A stretch of DNA of 64,000 bases from a virus (Duplodnaviria; Caudoviricetes): positions 1 through 64,000 of the IMG/VR virus record IMGVR_UViG_3300020048_000083; one strand, written 5' to 3'. The position numbers were made by a program, and so were the translations under genes. The notes below the pieces were generated by a model, which was given only the letters and a program-made list of their open reading frames with translations, was not told where the DNA came from and searched no databases. This document shows, piece after piece, positions 17,298 through 26,300 of this stretch; the stretch's first letter is position 1; every line of letters starts with the position of its first letter.

Positions 17298-19058
17298 TTA
17301 CAAACGTATTTTTATGGAAAAACTCACGACATCGTACCAATATTTCTTTATTGGCTCGGTAGGCTTCACAATAGCCAATAGATTTCCATACTGATCGTGG
17401 AGCCCAAGCTCGGTAATGACGATCGGGTATAGATTCCCTGATATAGGGTTCTTGAACTCGGCAAAGTCCTGATCTGTTGCATTGTCCAGAACCTTAGCGG
17501 TATCGTTAGTTGTGCGGTAGAACTCGTTAGCCGACGCCAGACAAACCACATTAAGCGATTTTTCTGTATTGTAACTCAAATATTCTACGAATGTATTAAC
17601 CGTTGGGTTTGTGATATAGGAACTCTTGAATAAGAATTGTGAATTATTACGGTCAAGGTTCATGCCATCAAAGTTGGTGATAATATTGGCTGCATATGTT
17701 ACATTGTTATACGAGCTACCAGTGTATTGGTTGTACACGGCACTTACAATGGTCGGGTCTGTAATAACCACGAATCCTTTATCCAGATAAGCTATACCCA
17801 CTGGCGTATCTTCGTAGAAGTCAAAGAATTTCTTCTTTACGACCGACGTAGGATTGTAACATTTTTCACCCTGCATAACTTCGTCGTGACCTGTAGCCCA
17901 AGAACCCGTGCTGGCAGGAGCGGCTATATCATCATTAAATAATAATACTACGTTACTTTCGTAGGCGGTATTTGTTAACACCGCAGGCATACCGAAATAA
18001 GCCGCACTAAAGTCGTGCTCAGACATATAGTTGTCCATCTTTCCAAGCTCATACTCCGTGTTGTTGTTTTTATACGCCCCGTAAATATCGTAGAACGTAG
18101 CGCCACCAGCTTTTGGTAGTCTAACTTTCAACGACTTGCCGTCAATTATTTCCCCATATTGCGTCTGAGGGATTTCCATAACCAGAATCCTGTTTTGATA
18201 CAGGGCTTCGTATGCCGTATTATAAAACATACCAGTATACCCTGTAACTGGGTGTGTGATAGTTGTACCAGTTAAAATACCCTGAGTCCACTTACCTTTT
18301 TTACCATTATAATATAACGTCCCCGATGTATCATCTTTCCACTCGCCCAACGGACTTTGCGTGAACTCTTCAATTTCACCCGCCGTGATTGGTAGATTAA
18401 AGCTTTTGAATAGGTTAGAGAATACCGTATTGGAATCCCCGCGGTCAACAAACAGCATTGGTGCTACGTCTGTACGTGTTTGAGTTGTTGCGCTTGATGC
18501 CCCTATCAGGTAATTATCTCCTTCGCTCAAGTCATACGGAACCCTTTCAGTAACAACCACGTTACTCTCAATAGGTTTCAGAATATCGTAGTTAAGTGGG
18601 CTCACGTCATACTCAATCATGCCATCGCAATCGCCAGCTATATAGCCTAACACGTCGTCGTCATACATAACGTCCAAAGCATACGTAAAACCATCCCTCG
18701 AAGCTGGCGGTGTAGCTGTGTTGCCCATAATGGCTAGCCGAACAAAAGAACCAACAGCTACGTTTGTAGACTGATCCACAAAATAATTATTTATCGCGCT
18801 GCTAATTGGTAAATCTGCATGGTGAATCAATACCTTTTGGTTTACGTTTGGTAGATAGGCTGGTCGCTCCGCTAAGAAGAATAAAAACCTTTTACCGCTT
18901 TCTGAAACGCGCTTTTGGAAGGGAACCTTCATTTTCACAATAGATAGGTTCGTACCCGCAGCAGTTGTAATCGCGGTTATCCCCCTTGTGTTTGTTACAG
19001 TTGTGCCCGACGTAACTATATTAATCGTTGAGCTTGTTGATCCTACTAATGTAGCCAT
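17298..19058 (-). CDS. Virion structural protein (baseplate/tail region), 586 aa
   Basis: ORF track. C-terminal ITELGLHDQYGNLLAIVKPTEPIKK module is shared with gene 20644-23295. Thr/Gly-rich; lies in the structural block. Confidence 0.65.
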   Translation of the reverse strand: MATLVGSTSSTINIVTSGTTVTNTRGITAITTAAGTNLSIVKMKVPFQKRVSESGKRFLFFLAERPAYLPNVNQKVLIHHADLPISSAINNYFVDQSTNVAVGSFVRLAIMGNTATPPASRDGFTYALDVMYDDDVLGYIAGDCDGMIEYDVSPLNYDILKPIESNVVVTERVPYDLSEGDNYLIGASSATTQTRTDVAPMLFVDRGDSNTVFSNLFKSFNLPITAGEIEEFTQSPLGEWKDDTSGTLYYNGKKGKWTQGILTGTTITHPVTGYTGMFYNTAYEALYQNRILVMEIPQTQYGEIIDGKSLKVRLPKAGGATFYDIYGAYKNNNTEYELGKMDNYMSEHDFSAAYFGMPAVLTNTAYESNVVLLFNDDIAAPASTGSWATGHDEVMQGEKCYNPTSVVKKKFFDFYEDTPVGIAYLDKGFVVITDPTIVSAVYNQYTGSSYNNVTYAANIITNFDGMNLDRNNSQFLFKSSYITNPTVNTFVEYLSYNTEKSLNVVCLASANEFYRTTNDTAKVLDNATDQDFAEFKNPISGNLYPIVITELGLHDQYGNLLAIVKPTEPIKKYWYDVVSFSIKIRL

Positions 19059-19084
19059 TTTTCTTTTCTTTTCTTTTTATATTA

Positions 19085-19414
19085 TTAATCAGCCAGCGGC
19101 TGTTCCTCAGCTGGTGCTGTAATTGAAGCAAGCTCGCCCGAAATAGGTACTATTCCACCAGTAGACGTAGTTGTAACTCGGCGAATAATTGACCCGCCAA
19201 TATTTTGCCATTTAGACAGCGAAAATATATTGTCGTCGTAATCACCACTTACATCAACAACAGCTTTAGTCATCACTGTGTTAGTCAGGTAGTTAACATC
19301 TGAATCATTCAGCGTGAACTGCATAGGGTGAAAGCTTTGTTCAAGCATTTTTTTCTTCCCATATTCGGTAAGATAAATCTGCATTTCCGTTGAGCCTGTC
19401 TTTAAAAATCCCAT
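19085..19414 (-). CDS. Small structural-block protein (109 aa), paralogous N-terminal module
   Basis: IYLTEYGKKKML...FTLNDSDVNY resembles the N-termini of the two upstream genes. Confidence 0.65.
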   Translation of the reverse strand: MGFLKTGSTEMQIYLTEYGKKKMLEQSFHPMQFTLNDSDVNYLTNTVMTKAVVDVSGDYDDNIFSLSKWQNIGGSIIRRVTTTSTGGIVPISGELASITAPAEEQPLAD

Positions 19415-19441
19415 TGTATTATGTGTTAGGTTTTATTTATA

Positions 19442-19448
19442 ATAAATA
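19442..19448 (-). promoter_or_regulatory. TATTTAT putative late-promoter motif
   Basis: Minus-strand CTATTTATT, 27 nt before ATG 19414; part of the palindrome TATTTAT-A-ATAAATA (19434-19448). Confidence 0.5.
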
Positions 19449-19463
19449 GTTTATTCTTTTGTT

Positions 19464-20642
19464 TTAACCTTCAAGCGGAATAAACCCACCCGTGCCAATT
19501 ATTTCCCAAACACTGCCGCCAGTACCACCGCCAGGTATTGGTGTGGGTACTATATAAGTATTCGGGTTGTAAGCGCTATCCTTAACCTTTGTTATAACTT
19601 TCATCGTCGAACTATAAATAGTTGTTGAATCCAATTCTGGTTTTGATGTAAGAACTAAATCAAATTCATACTGTCCTTCGCGAGCGGATTGGTCACTATA
19701 ATTCTGACCACGCCAGTGAGTTACCACAGAGCCAGCTTCATAAATTTCAAAGCTTACACCGAAACGGACAATCTCATACGGTAATAATACAATTCTACTT
19801 TTGTTATAAATAAATTTAGGTATGTACACACTAAGTGCGCAGTCTATGTAACGCTTGCCGTCTTTAACTGACTCCCAATCCAAGTAGTATGTTTGTTTTA
19901 CGAACTCGGAAGAGTAATATTCATCCACAGTTGTATTGATTATGGTATGGGTAACTGGTAGTATATTTTGAAGACTAAACGCATCCAGAAACATATGCAC
20001 GTTAGTTTTATTCAGGTAATAAAAATATTGTATCTCAGTAAATGATCGTCTACCATCGTTTACTGATACACCTGGAAATGGAACATAATCAGTAGCACCT
20101 GTTGTAACAGCCCCGAGCGTTGGCTCCAAAGTATTTGTATAGTCTTGAGTTAAATGCGACGGTGGTAAATAGTAAAGAAAACCCTCTGCGGTATTTCCGC
20201 TTGTGGTCATACCCGTATGCCACATATTGCGACCGCCCAATACTATTGGCTTCTCGAAATATTTGTCGCCGTCTGACTCTTTATACGAAGTCAGTATCTC
20301 TTCAACTGGTTCCACTGTCGGGTACCGCCATACTGGACTACGTAAGGACATTAGATTGGTAGATAACGTTTTTCGTGGAATAATTTGATTACGATCAACC
20401 GTACCGCGAAGGTTTAGTATGTGTCCGAGCGTAGGTAAAGTTGGTGAATACGTACCACCGCTCAACATATCATAATTATACGTCAAGCCGCTGTATACTA
20501 AATAATTGGCGCCAGAATCGCTAATTGAAAAGTATTTTGTACCATCAATTAATCCGCGATTGTAAAATTTTTCAACTCCAAGCGGGGTTAAATAAACCAA
20601 CATATCGTATTCCGTCATACCTGTTGTTTTCTCGAAACCCAT
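19464..20642 (-). CDS. Structural-block protein (392 aa)
   Basis: ORF track; N-terminal VYLTPLG...FSISDSGANY module. Confidence 0.7.
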   Translation of the reverse strand: MGFEKTTGMTEYDMLVYLTPLGVEKFYNRGLIDGTKYFSISDSGANYLVYSGLTYNYDMLSGGTYSPTLPTLGHILNLRGTVDRNQIIPRKTLSTNLMSLRSPVWRYPTVEPVEEILTSYKESDGDKYFEKPIVLGGRNMWHTGMTTSGNTAEGFLYYLPPSHLTQDYTNTLEPTLGAVTTGATDYVPFPGVSVNDGRRSFTEIQYFYYLNKTNVHMFLDAFSLQNILPVTHTIINTTVDEYYSSEFVKQTYYLDWESVKDGKRYIDCALSVYIPKFIYNKSRIVLLPYEIVRFGVSFEIYEAGSVVTHWRGQNYSDQSAREGQYEFDLVLTSKPELDSTTIYSSTMKVITKVKDSAYNPNTYIVPTPIPGGGTGGSVWEIIGTGGFIPLEG

Positions 20643-20643
20643 C

Positions 20644-23295
20644 TTAAAAGTCTATTACAGCATTGATTATCTGAACATCACTATTCAATTTTCGTTGTAA
20701 CGGCTGGCTGAATTTACCTACCGCAACAACATTACCCTCGTCGTCGTAAACATCTACCTCGGTAAACGCTACCTTGTGAATGTTTTCGTTAAACGTTGGG
20801 TTATTCGATTTAATATACCTATTCGGAAGAACGGTCATATTCATAATCGATTTATAAGTTGTTGATTTTATTTTGGTATTAAGGTTGCCGAAAAAGAAAG
20901 TTTCATCACCAAATGTTATACCCGTGCTGCTTAACGTCGGTATACGAATAAAGTCCTGAAGCCTATATAGGTCGGTAGCCTGAACAGCAAACGTCTGGTC
21001 ATTAAGTGTAACCCTAAGGTCATTGACCTGAATAGGTTGATAGTCTGTTTGTACTACAACACTACCACCACCCGTATTATTCAAATACAGTATGGTTATA
21101 CGGGAGCCCGCTACAGGAATAAAATTATATATAACCCTATAAGGAAAACCAAGATTTACGCCAGCAACTACTGAATACATTGTATCGTTCAATACAAGTC
21201 CATTATAGAACAGGTATACGTCGCCGTCAGGGACTTCATTTAGGTCAGAATAATAGTTACCACCACTCGTATAAATATCCCCAGTTGACGTGATGGTTGT
21301 AGGTACAAATATATCTTGTCTTATTGTGGTAGCTAAGATAACGGTGCCGATCAGGTAGCTAAACTGAAGTATATCACCAACAACTAAATCGGTTGTTGTA
21401 CCACCCGATAAACCGAAGAATATTTGGTCGCCAGACTGTACATAGTCACCGCAACTTGTACACCCAGTATTAGTATTTATGTCGCCGATAGTTGCAGCTT
21501 CTTTCAATACTAAACCGCCGAAGTTAGCAGCCTTTTTACGGGAAACAATAACATTGCCAATCGGCGTGTGCGTAAGGTTGTATGTAGTCTTGGATATATT
21601 GCTTACAACAACCGATTCAACAAATAATTCATAATTATTTGTTGTCGGCATAGCGATAGGTATACACCCGTTAGAGCCTATATACGCATTAGCACTAAAG
21701 TAGTACCAGCTATCGGCATCGGGGCGGCTACCCTTATCAGTTTTTTGTACAATAAGTATGATATTATCGGCACTAAATCCCGTGCCGTCTGAACGCCTTT
21801 TAAGGTATGGAAACTCACTATACGTAGGGTCTGTAGAATCATTAGGGAACCTAAACAATACATCGGCGGTATCCTTATCGGTACCTATACTTGCATAGTC
21901 TTCACAGTGTACACCAGTGAACCCGTTAACACTATCAATAAGTGCATATGTAACGTGTAATTCTTGGTCTTTGGTTATAACCCCAGCTGAACCAGAACCT
22001 GAGCACCTTCCAGCGTCCATATCCTGTAATATTGGTTTAGGTAATGTCCAGTTCCTGTTGGATTTCAACGACATAGCAGTAATAAGCTCTTCGTTTTCAA
22101 TAACAACAATCTTCAGGTCTATGAATACTTTACCAACCGCTGTAGGTATTACCTCGGCATCTACCAGATCATAGTAACGTAAGTTGCCAGCCCAGTATTT
22201 CAATGTAGTATCGCATACAAATGTATACCCGATTGTATCGCCGAATCCAGCGCCGCCAAATTGCTTCTTATGCCACATTAATGTTGGTATATATAGCTCA
22301 AGAGTGGTTGAATAAAAGCCCTCTGCATAGTAGTTGTTAACGGTATTGTTGGTATAGTGTATTATACCCACTTTGTCCTGATGGTGGTTATCGGCGGCAT
22401 ATCGAAGGTATGGATATAAACCCATATAATTGGTGCCGATAATATGATCGTGACCCTTATACGTTACATGATCCAGCCCGACTATATCCGATACATAGAA
22501 TACATTCATATTCCACATAGGTACATCGTGTGAACCATTGCTGCAAGTATCAGTGAAATCAAGTAATCCCTGTGACCAGTAAGCGGATGGGTTAGACTCG
22601 TCAAACACATCTTCGATCATATTGTTCGCATAGAAATATGCATATCCCGTACTACCAGTAGTAGACCCCGTAAGGTTTAAGTCTGGTAATAACCTATCTA
22701 CACCAACCGTAAAACCAGTGGCTGTGCTTCCCGTAATACTTGTAATTTGATACCATAGATACGGCACCGCATCATCGTCTATAACCCAAGGCGAAAGTGT
22801 ACCAGTATACCCAGTTTTAGGATACTTAACCAGCATAAGGTCGCCAATGGAAGGGGTAAGACCGCTTGGGTTTATCGGGGTTCCTGTAATTGTTGAACCA
22901 GCCTCATATACTATATCTATCGAAGTTCCGCCAGTAATATTTTCCTGCGGAACTGCGTAACCACCACAAAGTGTATAGCCAGACATTATAGTACTACCAG
23001 TAAAGAAACCTCGCTCCTTGGCATCAGCATACTGAACCATAGGGTATGATACAATAGACGTAATAGGTAAAATGTAATTGGTTCCCTCGCTGGGGATTAA
23101 ATAGGTTGCAGCGGGTTGGTTATCGGCTGGGCGAAGTATATTCAAATACTCGGTATTGTCATTTGTGTACACCATTTCCCCATCACTTAACGAAAAATTA
23201 GTGAACTTCAATTGCCCGATAGATAGTTGTTCCCTACCTTTGTCAGTTAACTTTACGTTAACCAATGGTTCTGTTTTTTTAATAATATAACTCAT
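20644..23295 (-). CDS. Virion structural protein (883 aa), baseplate/tail-associated
   Basis: N-terminal VKLTDKGREQL...FSLSDGEMVY and C-terminal EVDVYDDEGNVVAVGKFSQPLQR modules; many (S/T)GxT motifs. Confidence 0.7.
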   Translation of the reverse strand: MSYIIKKTEPLVNVKLTDKGREQLSIGQLKFTNFSLSDGEMVYTNDNTEYLNILRPADNQPAATYLIPSEGTNYILPITSIVSYPMVQYADAKERGFFTGSTIMSGYTLCGGYAVPQENITGGTSIDIVYEAGSTITGTPINPSGLTPSIGDLMLVKYPKTGYTGTLSPWVIDDDAVPYLWYQITSITGSTATGFTVGVDRLLPDLNLTGSTTGSTGYAYFYANNMIEDVFDESNPSAYWSQGLLDFTDTCSNGSHDVPMWNMNVFYVSDIVGLDHVTYKGHDHIIGTNYMGLYPYLRYAADNHHQDKVGIIHYTNNTVNNYYAEGFYSTTLELYIPTLMWHKKQFGGAGFGDTIGYTFVCDTTLKYWAGNLRYYDLVDAEVIPTAVGKVFIDLKIVVIENEELITAMSLKSNRNWTLPKPILQDMDAGRCSGSGSAGVITKDQELHVTYALIDSVNGFTGVHCEDYASIGTDKDTADVLFRFPNDSTDPTYSEFPYLKRRSDGTGFSADNIILIVQKTDKGSRPDADSWYYFSANAYIGSNGCIPIAMPTTNNYELFVESVVVSNISKTTYNLTHTPIGNVIVSRKKAANFGGLVLKEAATIGDINTNTGCTSCGDYVQSGDQIFFGLSGGTTTDLVVGDILQFSYLIGTVILATTIRQDIFVPTTITSTGDIYTSGGNYYSDLNEVPDGDVYLFYNGLVLNDTMYSVVAGVNLGFPYRVIYNFIPVAGSRITILYLNNTGGGSVVVQTDYQPIQVNDLRVTLNDQTFAVQATDLYRLQDFIRIPTLSSTGITFGDETFFFGNLNTKIKSTTYKSIMNMTVLPNRYIKSNNPTFNENIHKVAFTEVDVYDDEGNVVAVGKFSQPLQRKLNSDVQIINAVIDF

Positions 23296-23309
23296 TCTAC
23301 CTATTTTTC

Positions 23310-23316
23310 ATAAATA
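23310..23316 (-). promoter_or_regulatory. TATTTAT putative late-promoter motif
   Basis: Minus-strand AATATTTATG, 14 nt before ATG 23295. Confidence 0.55.
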
Positions 23317-23321
23317 TTTTA

Positions 23322-26300
23322 TTATTCCGATTGCGTTGTAATTACTGCTTGGGCTTGCGAAGTACTTACTGTATTAAACTTAATCACAGACGCGTTGCTT
23401 TTTACATTTGTACATAATAGCATGTAAATAGTAACAAAGTTGCCGCATGGGTCTTTAGCAGTTAACCTACCAATAAATTCTCCTGTAATCGGGTACCCAG
23501 CTAAATCCTTTGCGAAATCATAAACCAGATGTATTCCATCCGATTCATATTGAGCAGTCGCAGACCCATAGGCAAATACTTCTCTGGACGTTGCGTCCGA
23601 CGCCGTATAAAACCTATTGATAGGGTCATCAAAAAAGTATTTGTTATACCCGTCCCTGAAATATAAATACCCATCTTTTTTATAAAACGCGACCAGTAAC
23701 TGTTCCAACCTACTATCTATTCCAGTAACATCGCTTTCGTAAACTTTTACATAACTTTTACGCATAATACTATACGTTGTGCCAGTTAATGTGTTAGATT
23801 GATCTGGAACTGGTGTTCCGTTATCTGTATAACCAGTCCATGTGACGCCTGTAAATGGTGCTGGTAATTGATATACACCGTAAAGAAAAGCATTGCCATT
23901 ATAAAACTGCGACCTATCAATGGCGTTCGACATTAATGTTATGGTTCTACCAGTATCACTAATAGTTTTACCAGAAACAAACGCCATATAATATTCGTGT
24001 TCAAAATCATAAACTTCTGTTGGCGCCGATGTATGACCAGATACACCACTCGGCGTAAATCTTATTGTGTCATATACATTATTAATCATATATTGATATG
24101 TGTCGCCAGTAAACATAGTATAAACCCATTTACTTGTCATACCATCCCATAACTTATCGGCTTTAAAGTGAGAGTATGTGGAAGATGTTGATCCACTCAG
24201 CATATACCCGCCAACACAGTCAATACGCTCTTCCTTTTTAAATGCACAATTAAAAGATTTTGGTTGTACTGTCAAATATATTTCATCGTTAATATAGTAA
24301 AACCCTTCAAATACATAATCAAGAGTTCTACTTTGTACGGTTGAATACGAAGAGTTCGCAGAGCCGCCAACAATATACGATTTTTGATTGTAAACAAACC
24401 CATTAGCTCCCATTAATTTAATTATAACAGTCTGTTCAGTATCAATATCACTGTTATAAATTAAAGAAGCTTCTACTTTGATTAAATTATATCTGTTAAC
24501 AATAAGGTAATTGTTATTGGTTCTATTAGCCAATGAAACAGTCGGTAACTCTGTATGGAAATCATCTGGTATATGATGATGTGTAGACGTATACCCACTA
24601 TCTGCACGCAAATACTCCCAATTGGAGCCATAGCTATTGATAATCGGAAGTCGTGTATTTACATTTTTAGGACACGGTATATCGTCCGTTCCTACATTGG
24701 CATAAATACCATATACAGTTTTTGACGAGTAAAACGGGCCTAACCCTGCTAGCGTAGAGCCAGTGAGCGGGTAGAAACCTTCAAACTGAAAATCCAAAGC
24801 CCCGCTCATAAATAATTGGTTTTCTATCGTCGACCCGCGCGGCGTAATACAAAGCGTCGGTAACGTAGTGCCAGTTAAATAAAACTGGTACCCAAGACCA
24901 CAAGTTTGAGTTAAATTAATATCAATTGTAGAATTGGTAGTATCAAGATCGAACTTATCTACATAAGTTGTATTCACATGCATTAACGGCGTAGTCATAC
25001 CAGTAGTTAAACCAGACCTATTACCAACATACTGGTCATACATACCCGAAACATCACCAGTTTGACCCGTCATTCCAGTGGGAATAAATGGAATAGCCCA
25101 AGCCCCAGCTGTACCCCCAACGGCATACTCTGGCGCCAAAGGGTTAGTGTTCATAGAGTAACCAAATGCATGCGGTTGTTTATACCAAAATAATACACCG
25201 CTATCGCTAATGTAATACGCGTCTACCTTTGCAAGTACGAAATTAGAAAGGTTAACAGTATAATTAGCAGTAAGTGGTGTTTCATTCTGAATAACAACAA
25301 CCGTTTCGGTACTAGCTGATATTGACGTCGGGTAATAATAACACTCAAACTTAGTTTTTCCATGAGTTAAATCACCCTTAAATTTAAAAGGGTATGACGC
25401 TAATGTTTCGTTATTAATATCATTACAAAACGGGTGGACATAAATAGTTGGTTGGTCTTGGTAGTCTATAGCTGATCCAGTATAAATTATATCTAAATCA
25501 TAACTGCAATAATACAAAGTATCTTTTTCTGGCGTGGTTGTATACGTGTTATTTCGCATACTGAATAGTTTAATACCATTGTTTACAGATTCATCAAACA
25601 ACGCTGTAGCTAAATCCTCGGTTACACTAAAGTCTATCTGGTTAGGGCTAAGCGGTAACATCCAGCTTGTTGTCGCAAAAAGAAACTCTGGGTTTGTTAT
25701 CATGCCAGTTAATAATGGGGCTCTGTATCCATCGTAATCATAATAACATACATGTGGCAGGGGCGGCGGAGTTATGAAATTAATATTTGTAGGTGATTTA
25801 GTAACCTTAAAGTCTTTTAGCCTTAACGTACATTCACCAGAATAAGAAACATCCTTAGCTAGAATACCTATGTGTACGTGTTGTTTGTTAGTCCTAAATT
25901 TAGTTTTTACGTGAATCCAATTGTACTTGTCATACAACTTTGCGCCAAAACTACCTTCCATTAAATCCCTATCCGTAACATAACCATCTGGCGTTGTAGA
26001 ACCAGTAAATAGCGGCATAATACCGACATACGAGTAAGCAGTGTTACCAGATACTTGCGTATCAAACATTATATCGCATTCAGCTTCATAATACTCATTG
26101 GCATTTATAGGAACATTCCGCAAACCGAAGACCATTAAATCTATTAATGGGTATAATGTATCGCCTGACGTAGGCAACGCTGCGAGTACTATTTTTATGC
26201 TACCAGTTGTACCCGTTGATACTAAACCAGCATAATACCCTACACCCAAATTTTCATCAAAGGTTACACCAGAAGTTGCCGTTATAATATGTGCACCAGA

